Shown in pieces: positions 25,256 through 39,739 of a DNA stretch of 64,000 nucleotides (its first letter is position 1; each line of letters starts with the position of its first letter). Source of the DNA: Camelus ferus (Eukaryota); contig NC_045696.1 of the NCBI RefSeq assembly GCF_009834535.1, forward strand, positions 26,414,001 to 26,478,000. Direction: 5' to 3'. The notes below the pieces were generated by a model. The model had not been told where the DNA came from, did no database searches, and was given only the letters and a program-made list of their open reading frames with translations. The position numbers and the translations under genes were made by a program.

Positions 25256-27315
25256 GTTATTTTTCAGAGGGCTTGGCTTTCCATCTGAATTCTTCACTGC
25301 TGTCTTTCTGCTCTTAGGAGAGTGCCCCACGTAGTGAGTGGTCCACAGACACTTGCTAAATGAGTGAACAGACTAGTTCATCTACACCTGCTCCATGTCC
25401 CCACACAGAGCAGACCCTGCCTCTTCCTCTGAGCATGCTTCCATTCAGTCCAACAGACCTCCAGGATGTCACACTGATTCCCCGTGTAGGAGTTCCGAGT
25501 TTCAAATGCTCGCACAGAACCTTGCCCTACTGGAATGGAGGTGCCTCTCCATCTGGGCTCACATCTGCATCATAGAAGTGTTTAAAAAGAATAATTGCAG
25601 GCTTCACCTCTAGGGATTCTGTTCATATTGACTCACGAAGTACAGCAACACAGTGCCTGTCACTAGAAGATATTTATAAACATTATGGACCCTTTTCTTG
25701 TTCATCTAATTCTGCTGAACTCAAGGAATACGTTTTCACCCCTTAATGTGTTTTTGTTCCATCAAGGGGTGTCAGCAATGATGTAGGATTACAGTGTTGG
25801 TCTCTTCAGTCCTTCCTGGGACCAAAGTGCAAATTATTAGAGTAAAATGAATCATGTATATAAATATTACCTTGTGTTCTCTTGCTCATGACTTGGCCTA
25901 CTCCATCCCTGATTCACAAACAGAATTTGAGGCTATGTGTTATACAAGATTTTGCCATCAACACTCAAGATTTTCTGTAATGGTAGTTAGGAAACTTCCT
26001 GACTTTTCAATGAATGAGCTGTGATGAATGCCAGATAATAACTTAGAACCTCAAATTCCTAATGTGTTAATTTAAAGATGTGGGCCTGATGGTAGCTTCC
26101 AGAACTAATATGTTAGGCTCTGAACACTGAAAGATCTAGAATCTTGTTAACATTGGAGTTGGTCACAAGTTCAAGAATACAGTTGGGAGAAGAGTATTAA
26201 GCACATTCTGAAAGAGGAAATATTTTCCCCAAAATGCAAATATTAAAGAAAAATAAATCTTGTATCTTTATTCAAAAACGAATCATAAAAGTATGTAGTA
26301 CTTGTTTAAATCTCCCTTAGCAGAGGTCTTCTAAGTACTTTGCATCAAGGTGGAAAAAAAAAGACAATGTGTCAAAATATGTGCTATATTCACTCTTTAA
26401 TGACAATAACAAATAGCAGACTTGCTTTCCTTCAGCATTTGATGGTTTAGAGAAAACTTCTAAGTAGGCACATAATGAGCCCACTGGAATCCAGTGTCCA
26501 GCTCCACATTTTGCTAGCCCCGTGATTTGAAACAAGTCTCTTATATTTGATCTTCACTATAGTAAGTTCTGAAAGAAAGATGATTACTCAAGGTCTATGT
26601 ACTTCACAAGGTTGGGATTATCCATTCATTGCAGCTGATTGATTTGGCACATCTAATGTTCACAACGCAGAGTGCTGAGATGAATCTTTTCTGCCTTTGA
26701 GGTGTTTGAGACTTTGCTGGGTCAGTGATGCAAAGTAGTCACGTCTACCCCAAACAGGGCTAAAATTTCCAAACACCTGGCCTGATTCCTGGGGGATCAT
26801 GCAGGTAGAAAGCCTCGTAGGACAGAGAACATGCTCCTGATTGGAGGGAGAGGATATTGGTATTAGGTTTTCATGGGACATCTTTGCTTCATAAAGGCCA
26901 GCAGGTCACAGGGGTTACACAGCTAAGCTGAACTTTGACAAAAAGCTGGGACCAGAATTATATTCTTTTTGGACAAAAAAAAATCATCTTTAAATAGGTA
27001 TTTGTGATGAATACTTCTAATCTCCTTTGGGTGATTTATTTGTACAAAAATGCTGGGTCTGAATTTTCCCCTCTGTGCATCATCCCACAAGTGCCCATAA
27101 AAGATGGAATAGTCTATATTGTCATGGCTGTTTTGGATACACAGCCCGCTGGCTCTGCAGAAATAGAAGAAAGCATGATAAGCTCCAAAATTAGTTAATG
27201 GAGAGCAAGAAGACAAAATGAGTTACCACAGCACGCTGGCATGCTGTTTAATTCTAACTATAATTTGGTGGCATGCTAACCAGTTATTTTTCTCTCCTTC
27301 CCATTTGAATTCTAG

Positions 27316-27521
27316 GCACGTCCAAAGCAATAATCAGCCTCCACAGCCCCCGGTTCCACCACTAGGTTACATGTCCGGAGCCTTGATTTCTGATTTGGAA
27401 ACAGATGTTCCAGATGATGATGCTGATGACGAAGAAGAAGTTTTAGAACTCCCCAGGCCCCTGAGAGCCCTGGAGCAGACGCCCGGGTCCAGCATGGACA
27501 ATCTAGACAGCTCTGTGACAG
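27316..27521 (+). CDS. ROBO2: ROBO2 coding exon (206 nt, phase 2 to 1): HVQSNNQPPQPPVPPLGY...MDNLDSSVT(G)
   Basis: aattctag|GCACGTCC ... GTGACAG|gtaaca; lies within ORF 27218..27631. Confidence 0.97.
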
Positions 27522-30289
27522 GTAACAGAACTGATTCTATAGGAGTAACTGACCCATTTGTAGCATTAAATTGCATCGAAAATCAAATACTTTCTTCAGT
27601 AAGATTTAGCCCACTCCATCTATTTCTGTAACATTTTTTAATATGTTAATATTAAACACAAAATTGAAAAAGGATTTGGGAATACTTTTGCTTTGCTGCA
27701 GAAATGATAAGAAAATTCATGAATTTTAAAAAGCTTGAAAGACATGAAAGAAAACTCAATTATATCTAGGGCTTTCATGAAAAGTTCACTCTACTGGGGA
27801 ACCAAGTCTACTACATAAAAAACCTTGACTTGACGAAACGATATATTTTGTATATCAGGAGCAACATACACAGTGAATGCAATCTTAAAACGTTGCTTGA
27901 TATTTCACTCTGTAAAATCATTCACTGATGAAAATAAGCAAGTCTTCAGAATAAGCCTCTCCACGGTTGCACGAGATACTCTCTTCAGAGTGGAGGAAAC
28001 GTGTAGCCAGCTAACCATGCATTTATGCAGCTGATCTTGTTGGATCCAATAATTGCTCCTCTCCCAAGAAATACAGTTATTTTTTGCTGTTTGTTCCTTT
28101 AACTTCCTCTGGCCCCCTTCACTAAGTGAAAGGCTGCAAAAGGTCTTCTCCTAGGATGATCACAGCATTGCAGCCTATTTCCAAGGATTTAAATTTATCA
28201 AATTTTATTGCAAAAACTTAAATCCTAATGTATACACAATGAGTATGGAGAGAAGGAAAAATTCTCTCTTCCTACTCAAGTAGGTGTCTATTCTTTTACA
28301 CACAAAGTTGCCTCTTACACGACTGTAGAGACATAACTGCGACCAGTGTGTTGCCCGGGTATGTCGCCCGTCTTCTCAGCAAAGCACCCATTTCTATATT
28401 TACCTTCGTGATACCCTTCATTCTAGGAAGGATTTTACCACAACCCCATTTAATTCATTTTTACTCCAACAGCTTCTTAATTGGCATGGATTTTGCACTG
28501 CGTGTTAGATTTCAAAAACACTGATGGAAACTGCTTTATGACAGGGATGGAGAAACACGGTACCTATATTCTCCCTCTGCGTGACTTCCGAATCACACGG
28601 TGTAATGCAGGAGCCTACACTTTCCCGTTTTTCTTCTTACCTGGGGGCTGTCTGCTTGCCGAGCTAATTAAGATTTAAGAACTGCAGATCTACTGCTGTG
28701 ATTTGAAATCCAACTCCAACTGAAGGTGTCAGAGCAAAAGTTTAAACCCTTGAATGCAGAGAGCTAACTTAATAGGGCACTGTTATGTTAAGCCCCGTTG
28801 CCAGAATTTCTCGCATAATCTCCTTCAGGCTAAAATTCTGCATATTTTTACATGTCTCACTAATGATACTGAACTCGTTTCCATTAGCAATACAGTAAAG
28901 AATTGCAATGATAAAAGCCAGCCACAGCCTATGTAGTTCTCTTATTAAATATTATAATGTCAAGGATGATAAATATATCTGTAAATCAGGAGAATGTCAT
29001 TGTGAACTTTCACATGCTCATCTGTTCATAATATGTTTCACCATCTAATGTGACTGTGGTTAGAAACACTCTGAATTTCTCCTTGTAGCTAGTATAATGT
29101 TCATTCCAAATGATGCTTTTATTGCCGAGAAAACACTCTGTTTTCCTACTTGAATTCACTGCTTAATTACTGCCATATATAAAAGCCTCAAGGTGCTTAG
29201 GTATGTATTCCACAATAAGTTTATCCTGTGACTAACACCTCTCCTTAGGAAAAGAAGCTGCACTCTACACAAAAGTAGCCAAGTAGGAAACTCTTTTCTT
29301 TCTTTTTGTCTTTTTGGCTTTTCAGTAACTTTGTGGGGAAGATAAGATCAATGATTTAATTTGCTCTCTGGGGTGTAAATGTAATATAAGTAAATATAAG
29401 TTAAAAATAAAAGAAAATACTTTTTTTTTCCAAAAAAGATGTGTGTGTAGCGAGTGTAAGTGTGTACAGAAGTGTGTGTCTGGATGTATAGACAGGGTTT
29501 GTGATCATATGTAAGTGGCTTGTGATCATATGTAAATGTGTGAGTGCATGTAGGAGTGTGTACATGAATATAAATTGGGTCCTGGGTGTATTAGAACGTG
29601 TGTGCTCACGCGTTCATGTACATGGGGGTGGCCCTGAGATGAATGTACGTACAGACCCAATGTTACAGAAATCAACATGCTAATGAATATTGCTCTAACA
29701 TGTTTATGTTTTCTTCAGACATTCAAGGCTAGTTTAATGGTGCTAAATGAGGTGGGCAATAAAACAAAGAATATTTCCATTGGCTTTTTATGTTTTTAAG
29801 ATGGTAAGTGCCCACAGAGAGGATTCTGATTTTATCTTAATTTACTTTGTGTTCTAAAGTCATGGGTGGTGTGAGTACATTAGTCATTACGTTCATCTGA
29901 ATTCTCTGATATTTCCATTTTCATGAAACTAATGACCTTTTTTTATTAAATAGAACTAACAGTTGTGTCCCATTCCCTGAAACTCTTAACGCCAACCAGG
30001 ATAAAATCCAGTGATAACAGAGATGGGCTAATAAGCCTCATATAAAATTATTCAGAATTCTACTTCTGAAATATGTTCTATTCCAACAACTGCCACATTA
30101 AGGACTATCAGCCGTTAACAAAGTACAGAGCCCATTTTGTAAAGAAATAGATGTATTATTTTCAAATATTTTCATAACAACTAAGTAATTTATGAGGACT
30201 TTAAAATTTTTGAAATAATGGTTCATGAATGGAAAAGGCCAAGAAGAGAGGAAAGTATCAGGAATTCTGTAGCCCATAATCTCAGTGTC

Positions 30290-30790
30290 TGAGGCTGGTT
30301 GGGTTGGTATAACAAAATACCATAGACTAGGTGGCTTATACAATAAATATTTATTTCTCATAGCTCTGGAAGCTGAGAAGTCCAAGGTCAAGGTGCGGGC
30401 AAGTTGGGTGCCAGTTGAGAGCCCTCTTCCTGATTCTTCTAAACAGTGGCTTGTTTTCTTTCTGTGTGGCTTAGTGAGCTAATAATGTTTCTTACATTTT
30501 TAAACAGTTGTAAGAAAACAAGGAACAAAAAGAAAAATATATGACAGAGACAGCAGAGTGGAAAATGCTTAGTATCTGGCACTTCATAGAAAAAGTTTGC
30601 TGATCCCTGTTGTATGTTAACTTATTTAATTGTCACAGCCCTATTTTTATTCTCATTTTATAGATAAGGAAATTGAGTCACAGAGGGGCTTAAAGCCTTT
30701 TTTAAGGTCACCCACCTGATAAATGGCATAAGAATGTTCAAAATCAGTCAGTCTTACTCTGAAGATAAATTATCATGATCCTTGCTCTGG
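30290..30790. mobile_element. Cluster of MLT1 LTR fragment, MER58-like hAT element and MIR
   Basis: ataacaaaataccatagactaggtggctta (MLT1); aaaagtttgctgatccctg (MER58 end); cattttatagataaggaaattgag (MIR). Confidence 0.65.
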
Positions 30791-33700
30791 AAATGCTCAA
30801 CTTTCTTCTCATTTCTGGATTTAGCATATTCAGGAGGAAAATGATTTCCTAGTCTGTCTCTCTCCTCTCCCTTTCTGTGTGCATGTATACATGTATGAAT
30901 AAATATGTATTTATACAAATACAACATATTATATTATCTCTAGAAACATCAGTTTTCACCCCCATACACTTAATCAAGACTAAAAACAGTAATTTTTAGA
31001 TGTCACATTTATTAATTGTTTTTCTCACATTTAGTTCTATATTCAGTTATAGTGACTCACACTAACAAAATTCAACTCTATTAGCACTTTTTGAAGGGAA
31101 TCGCATTTTTATAATTTTTATTTAATTTATACTTACAATTTAAACCTATTTGGTTGTAATAAAGTACAGAAGTGTTTTGATTACATCACATCACATTCTT
31201 TTTTTGTCTGGAAAGCAAACACAGAATTGTTTCAGTCTTCCAGAATGTGCTTGTAGTTATTTCTTCCTAAATGCCAAACCCACCATTTTTGGGTAATGGA
31301 ATGGGGGATGCCTTTGATAATTCCTTCTCTGACTTCCATGGTGGGAGTCAAGGGTGTGTGTTTCCTGGATTTAATGACTCCACCACCACAGGGAAAAAGA
31401 AACAGAAAGCAATAGGAGAGAGGGCAGGAGGAAAATATCCTGAGCATGGAGCCAGGATTCTAACTGCCTCAGTGATCACAAAAAATGAGGCTGAGAGTGA
31501 GTGCTGGGAAGTGAAATGAGTAAAAGTTTCCTTGATTTTTGGGCCCCACGTAAATACTATGGTTGAAAGGGAATCGGGGCTCTATATTTTCTGTATTTTA
31601 TGTCTTTGGAGGTTTTTGCTGAAAGTCCCAAAGCAGATCATTTTGAAAATAATAGAACCTGGCAGCGTAACCACCTTACTAGACCACACAGCTTTTAGAG
31701 AATTGGCCACTTAAAAACATGACCTGACGCCTTGCTTTTGTTACAAAAACTTAAGAGAAATATTTTCATAATAGGGAAATTTCAGAGATAATGCTAAAAG
31801 TCATTAAATAATTTTCTTAGCGCTTTGGTGTATTTAAAAAGACATTAAATACAAACTTCAAATTTAACAGATAAAAGGGGAATATCATATATTCAATTTT
31901 TACTTGAGTAGAACAAGTTAGCAGATGTCAGAGGTCCCAAGGAAGAGATTTTTTTAATTTCTTACTTTACTTTCCATGTACATTACACAGTCCTTTCTCT
32001 CTGAGGAATGTAGGTGAATTGATGCATATTCAATATATCTGAGGGAAAGAAGGACTTCTAAAAATTAGGCATGTTTTTCTACATCTAGGCAGAGGTCAAT
32101 ATTTGGATTGATTTGTCCAAAGACACTTAGAGCTAAAGATTTTATTTAACAGATAGTTAGACAGATTGCACTTAATAGGAAGAGTTCCTGGATTAAATAT
32201 TGGCTGAAAAAATGGGGGACAGCCAGTTTTTGTATCTCATAAAAATGGTAATGCAACAATTAGCAAGGTCATATTACAAAGCATACACTTTACTCTAGCT
32301 TAATGGATCTAAGGATAAGCGTCTATCAGCAAGGAAGGAGTTAGCATAAAACGACATGTAAATGAATTGATGACTGATCATAAATTAATTTTAGTGCTGA
32401 AGATGTAATGGAGACACAGCAAGATGCCACTTTATCATGGTATTTTACTGCTCAGTAACATTTGAGCAACAACTTAATGTCCTATCTGCAGTTCTTCTTT
32501 AACAGCTTGAATAAATTTGAGACTTTTTTGGCCTTTCAGCAATTTTTAAACCTGAGAACTTTGGAAAGATGGAAAATGTAAACACAAATAAATCTGGCTA
32601 TGTGACACAAATTCATTTTTCATTAAATGTTTAAATATGTGTTAATTATGTTTGGCTATAACATGTCAAATTGGTATGGATTGCTTGTAATTTGTGAAGA
32701 ATCTCTGCCTGAGCTGTTTTACCTAAGTGTTCATTTCAATTTTCATGTTTATATTTACATTTGTTAAAGAAAACTGGTTATCACAAAAATAGCCTACTTT
32801 CTAACTGATGAATCAATGTCTTTCTTTTCTTAGCATCATTGTCTTCCTGTTTTGTAATAGTTTACAGAAATCTTCAGATCATTCTTGGTATTTAAATCTA
32901 AAGAAAGAATGGTAGCCACAGAGAGGGATCAGTAATTGTTAAATAAATTTTCACAATTTTATAACATGGAGGAAATTTAAAATATGTTAAATACTTTTTT
33001 ATTCATGCATAGTGCCAATTCTCTTTAGAAATATCTCCTGCAAATGTACCCATTCTTTATATCATATATATGCTATATCTCAGATAGAGTCGATGGGCAG
33101 TCAAAGATAAAGACAGATATCTTGACAAAGAGGGAAAGAAAACATTTTTCCTTCTGTTTATTGTTTTTTGTGTGTGTGCCCTCCATTTTGAAGGCAAACT
33201 CAACTATGTTACGCTGAGGGCTCTTGCCCCTCTTTAGTTGAAGCTGATGAGGTTTCCTGTTGCCCATCATGAGCAAATTTCTATGGCACACATCTCTTCA
33301 ACTCTGAAATCATGTATTTAGTGATTTTTTTTTTTTTTGCGCTTTGCGCTTACTGAGAGTAGTGAAAAGAAAGTATCTTTCTATACTGACCAACACCAAC
33401 TGGAAGCCATGTCATCCATGTCCCTCTCTTCCCAGGGAAGAGAATAAAGCATGAGAGAAAACTTCATGAATAACTGAGATTTCTGAGACCATGGTAAGGA
33501 GCATTAGTGATTGAGATAAAAACAGAGCAAAGACACAGAGACAGGGAAATAGTTGATTTGTTTAAGGATTGGCAAACATGCATGTGGAAATCTTCACAGG
33601 AAGGACTAATTACATCACTGCTTTCCCTCTTGTCTGAGTAATCAACAAGAGTTGACTGACCTTATATTCCTCATTTAATACATTTTCTAGAAGTTCTTAT

Positions 33701-36141
33701 GAGTACATTTTTTTCTGTAACTAAAATAAGGCCATTGCTAGGAAATTACACATGGAATAGAATCACATACAGAATTTATACTGAATAATGAATATAGTGA
33801 AGACATCTAATTCATTATGCCCAATGTTTACTGAATTTTTACTGTGTGATGTCCCTGTATGTGAGATACAAAAATGAATAATAATATAGTTTCTAATCTC
33901 CAGAGTTCCACTCTCTAGAAGAGGAAACATGTATAAGCCACAAACTGTCGTTTGTAGAGACCTGATATGCTACTGTATGCATACTGTTTAAAAAACACAG
34001 GAGGTAGGGAGATTGATTCTCCTAAGGCAGGGTTGAAGATGAGGCAGAATCGGAGTGATAAAACAGATGATATTGATTTGGACTATGAAGTTAGGTGGTG
34101 GTTAATAGAGTTAGTAACAATCCAGAAGTGAGTCAAAGGAATGAGAACTAACGCCATAGAGGTGAGGCAATGGAACTGTGCAGGCTGTCAGAGGGAATGG
34201 GACTGCAAAGGTAGGCTGGGCTGGATATGCAATGATCTCAGATACCTCATTTGGTGTTTAAATGTGGAATCAGCAAACTAGGTAAGGCTTGAATGGAATA
34301 ACAGAACAAGAGATAAGTGGTTCAAAAAAGTAATTCGGATGGCAATGAGGAAGATGGAAGGGACTAGAAGGAAATGAATTAGGAAGGGCTTAGGAATGTA
34401 ACTGGAGATGCAGAAAAGGAGATGGTTGTTTGGAGAATGAGTTTCAGAGAGTCAGCACAGATTTTTTGCAGATGTTCAGCAGACATTTAGAAACACAGAA
34501 AACAGGACATAAGAGGGACCGGGACTGAACTTTCCCATGTTTTAAAAGTATCCTCAGCTCTAGGGTTTCGCATTCTTCTGTGATCACTGACTGAATCACT
34601 TTGATTTTTTCTTATCTACTGTAGCATTATATTGCAATGCCGATTGCATCATTTCTCCTTTCATTTTGGGCTGTTGGTCCTTGACTTGTGATGATTAACT
34701 CAGAAATGGTTCTCTCAGAGGAGGCTCAGTTGCTGGTGTTATCTTGGCTTCCTTGCAGTGGCCTGTGTCAAGGGAATTTGTTTGGAAAGTAAAAAGTGTA
34801 TCTCTGTGCTTTTGGCACATGGAATCAAAACTCTATCTTTCTCTGCTACACTTAACACCCTTTTAACTTCTCTGATCCTTCCAACCCCTCCGGGTTCTGT
34901 TTTCTCTTGTCTCAAAAGTGCATGAACCCGTGTTATTGTATCCTGGCCCTTCACTAAAAGTACAAATTCTCTATGATGACAACACTTCTAACTGTACTGT
35001 AGTCTCTGAAATACTGGAGAAAAGGGGAAAGAAACCTATGGCACTTGACTTTAATCTCTTTTATGTGACTATATGTTGGTTTATTTCAAGATATTAAATT
35101 AGCTTCTTATAAATACTTTGCGCCTCTCTTTTTAAAAAGTTAGGATAAGCAACATTTGGTATTTGATTATGTCATACATTAATGGTACATCAACCTAAAT
35201 AAATATTGTAATATTAATTGTATTAGATAATAGATTAAGGTCTCAGCCTTTTTTGGTCTAAGGAAGAAGTGTAAAATTGTAAATGACTTGCTAAAAATTA
35301 AGAATAAGCATTATTTCTCAGTATCTTTATATTTTGCAGCTCTTTACATAAAACTGATTCTTTTCCTCTATGGCCTTCTTGCATTTTGCAGAAAGATCCA
35401 TATTAATATCAGTGTTATTCTTTATAATGGTTAATATTCTAAAATAAAGATTAATATTAAAAAGGTAACTGGAGTTCTTAAAGTAATTAGAAAGTGAAGA
35501 ATTCCTACTGAGCTTTGAAAAAACTAGAACTTTCCAAAGAAAAACTTTTTTGTTATATTCTAAGTATTTGCTCTAATATTATTTATACATTTTTGATAAT
35601 TCATATTTGTTATTTCCCAAGTAACTAACTTTTATGTAAAATCTTGAAATATTTCTAGCCCTTCTATAGTATGAAAGTGTAGATTTCCTGCAAATTATCA
35701 CTAGAGTTGGCATTAAATTCAAAATATAGTCACCCTATTGGTTCAACTGAGTCCTTGATAAACTGACTTTAAATACACCACCATTTCTTTCAGTAAAAAT
35801 GTTTTTCTCTGAACTGCAGGCTTTAAAATCTACATAGCAATTCTCTTTTGGAAAATAATGGTGTCATAATTTAAACAATGTAAGAATGGAACCATACAGA
35901 ACATGTTTTGTTCACGTGTTGCAAACAGATTCGGGTTTTAAATGAGCTTCATTCTTCTGCACTAGAAATGTCCCAAACATGGATGATGCTTGCATATGGC
36001 TAAAGAAGTCATGATGAAGGCAGACTTACCTCAAGGAAGAGTGCGGAGTGGAGGCAGCCGACTTGTTCATTAGTATAGTGTGTACAAGCAGATGAGCTAT
36101 CCACTATATACAACTCACTAGACAACTACATTTGTTTTTAG

Positions 36142-36324
36142 GTTCAATGGTAAATGGATGGGGCTCTGCATCTGACGAGGATCGTAACTTTTCTAGTCAT
36201 AGATCTAGTGTAGGTAGCTCCTCAGATGGCTCCATCTTTGCCAGCGGCAGTTTTGCACAAGCACTGGTGGCAGCAGCAGATAAAGCTGGTTTTAGGCTGG
36301 AGGGAACCAGCCTTACAAGAACAG
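36142..36324 (+). CDS. ROBO2: ROBO2 alternative cassette exon (183 nt, 61 aa, phase 1/1): [61 protein letters not shown]
   Basis: gtttttag|GTTCAATG ... AGAACAG|gttggt; peptide resembles the ROBO1 segment GSMINGWGSASEED...DGSFFTDADFAQAVAAAA. Confidence 0.9.
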
Positions 36325-38538
36325 GTTGGTAGACTTTGAGTCGACACTCTTTGCATGAGAGAATCTTGGCCTTTGGACACTGAGCTATTTATCTCCTGTT
36401 CTTTTTCCTCAGCGAGTCTGACTGCAGGGCTTTCTTTAATATGCATGAACATAGTTTGGATGCTCAGTTACCAGAACTCTCTTCTGATGCTCCCTTTGCA
36501 GAGCCAGAAACAGGCTCCTACTCACCACCCTCTAGTCTTTATTCCTCTTTCCCTTCACGGCTCTGCTGATTAATTGGAATATGCTTCCTTCTTACGTTAC
36601 AGCTAAGCTGCAACTAAGATGGCCATTAAATTTTCAATAACTCATGCTTTGCAAAATTCTCACACAATCAATAAGTTACCCAGTGATTAAAATTATTCAG
36701 CTTTTATCTCCATTACTTTCCTTTGCCCCATTTCTTTCTGCAAATGCATTTTCTGGGAAGGCTTTCTCAGCATGGAGTGAATGGGTCTGAGGCTGTCAGT
36801 CTAACTGTTCAAATGGCTGATGGTCTTATTAGTTGTTTGGCTGTTAAGATTTTAATCCAATAATTTATTGTCTGTTTTAAAGGATGCTAATTAAAAATAC
36901 ACCCACTGCATTTGCAAGTTGAGTAACATGATGACTACTCATGCATTGCTCTGTAGCACAATCTAATTTTGGTTTATGAGAATAATAAATAATAATATAA
37001 AAGACCAATTATGCAATTTTCCAGTTTCTGATCGTTATCTCAAAAGTAAATTTGGGATTCACTCTATTAATAGATCAATAATTTTGTGATTATTTGTTTG
37101 ACTGAAACTAAATAACTGGCATGATACATGCTGTAACACAACTAGGTATACTTCTTAAATGCACATATCAGAAAGTTCTGATGGATATCGGAATTAAACT
37201 GACTACCTTATGAAACAAACTAGTGAAATGCTCAATGCATTTTTGAAATCTTAATAGTATTCAAATAGTAAAGTAAAGAAAAATCATTGTGACCCCTCAC
37301 TAAACTCTCAGGTTATAAAAGTGAGTCATGGAAATTTTCTTTGAATTATACCATCATTATACCATTATACTACTTCTTTTGAGTATGCATTAGGTATCTT
37401 CAAATAAAATAAAATGACTTTCCAAGCATTGCAGAGGTTTATTTTTCATATAGCATCTGAACTAAAATATGTTGTAATGTAACGGTTATTTGAATTTTCT
37501 TGCTTTATAAGGCATAAGTCAGAAACTTTATGTTGCCTGAGTGCCTTTTTGTGGTCTAGCTATAAGCAGAGCAGCGAGAAAGTGCAAGGAAACTAATAAA
37601 TTAGAAAGCAGAGTACAGTTCTTGCATGTATGCTAATAGCTAATAAAGCATTAAGCTGTATTATGTCACATTGACTTAAAATGTAACTGCATACAATAAT
37701 TTGTGGTGAAATGAAAACATACACAAGAGGATAAATACATGCACATAAACCAACCCTCTCACACCATAATAAACCTGTTATTAACATCATAAGATGTTGA
37801 AAATGTATTAGCTAACCTTTTCCTAGAATAAATTTACCTGCATATGTACACTTAACTACAAGAAAGGGACATGGCATATTTCCTTTTTCAATGAGAGATT
37901 GGAGTTTGCTCAGATACAATACTATTCATCCGAAAACACCTATTGCACTTGGGATAGACAAGGTGATTTTAACCTGCTACCTATCCTATACTGTACACTA
38001 ATGTTTCTGCGTTTTCTGGTGAAGTCAATTTAAAATACGTGTCTGAGCAGACCTTTCATGTAAAATTTCAAATGAAATTCCTAGAGGACATTTTTCTGTG
38101 CTCAAAGAGAGTTTGTAAGATTCCAAGGGTGAAACGTGTTTAAACAAATAAGACAGTATATAATTCACTTCAGAAATAGCTTCTTTAATTTTAAGAAGTA
38201 AAAGCTGCATGAATTTGCATATATCTATGAAAGTAGCACTAAGACTGTCAAAATTAAATAAAAATATTATCAAGGAATACTGAGCTTTTGGTTGGTGGAC
38301 TTGTTTTACATTCATTTGTTTGAATTTTTTCAGTGGAGGGTGTGTTGGTTATAAAAATTGGACAAAATAAATGCAGCAGGGCATATTTTTTCTATGGAGA
38401 TGCACTGGTATTTGGTATCTTCAAATGGCATCTCTAGGCAGGTTTAGAGGTTAGTCTTAGCAAGAGCAGAAATACAAGACAGAATCAATGTCTTATAATA
38501 ACAGTCTCTGTACCCCATTCCCTTTGTTTCCCTTTTAG

Positions 38539-38712
38539 GCAAAGCCTTTACCTCCTCTCAGAGGCCTCGGCCAACCAGCCCATTTTCCACTGACAGTAAC
38601 ACCAGTGCAGCCCTGAGTCAGAGTCAGAGGCCTCGGCCCACTAAAAAACACAAGGGAGGCCGAGTGGACCCACAACCAGCATTGCCTCATCGAAGGGAAG
38701 GACTGCCAGATG
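38539..38712 (+). CDS. ROBO2: ROBO2 coding exon (174 nt, phase 1/1): GKAFTSSQRPRPTSPFSTDSNTSAALSQSQRPRPTKKHKGGRVDPQPALPHRREGLPD
   Basis: cccttttag|GCAAAGCC ... CCAGATG|gtaggt. Confidence 0.97.
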
Positions 38713-39197
38713 GTAGGTTGGTTTCCTTCTCTCTTGTCTCCTCACGGGAGAGACGAGCTCTGTGCGATCACTGATGTAGATGGAGGAGCTCTGGTAGAGT
38801 AGGTATTGCCTCGTCACGTAACCGGACTGCACACCTGGCAATGTGGTCTTATTTAAGTAAAACGCCCTCCCCTTTTTTTTTAAACAGTCTGGAGTTACTT
38901 CTACATTACCCAGCCCCAAAAAATAAATATATGCCATACTGTTTTGCAATGTTGATTTTTCCGCCATTCTGGCATTTTCCATGAGTGCTTTTTAATGAGC
39001 ATTCCCTTTTAAGATTAAGGAAGAAGACATAAGTAGCCTGTGCACTTGCCATGTTGTTGGATCACTTTTGAAATTAAATGAAAATATCTTAGATGGCATT
39101 TCACACGTGGAAAAGACTGTGAAGTGATTTCCAATTTAGTAATTATTTAGTGTCGTGAATTCCAGGGCTAAAAATATGCTACAGATCATTTGGTTGA

Positions 39198-39420
39198 TGG
39201 GTCAGTAAACTTTTTCTGAAAAATCCAGATAGTAAATATTTTTGGCTTCAGTGAACCATGCAGTCTCTGTCAAGACTAAGCAACGCTACCATTTTTTTTC
39301 CTATAGTGCAGCAATAGAAAAAAGTAAATGAACGGGTGTGACTTATTTCCAGTAAAACTTTATGGAAAAAAATGCAGTGGCCTAATTTGGCCCATGGGCC
39401 ACAGCCTGCTGATTTGTGTC
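39198..39420. mobile_element. MER58A-like hAT-Charlie MITE
   Basis: gggtcagtaaacttttttctg...ccagatagtaaatattt ... tttggcccatgggccacag. Confidence 0.7.
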
Positions 39421-39739
39421 CATCCTTTTATTTAAGTGTACCCTCCAATCTTTGACTGTTTGCTTAATCACTGCTAGTTTCAGGAAACACAATATTATCG
39501 GAAGATGTCCTTGTTCAATAATGAGTAGTGCATCAGCTCTGTGTTAAACTTAATCCTCACGTGTAAATACTCAAATAAAAGTATTTATCCTGAAGTTCTA
39601 TCTTAAGAAATAGGTATGATAATGGATTTAAAGAGCCCACTTTCATGTGGGACCCAAACGTAAACTTCTTACCCCTTCTCTGCACCACCTCCTACAAGCC
39701 AAAAGCTTTTTTCCTGAGATAGTACTACTAAACACCAAA

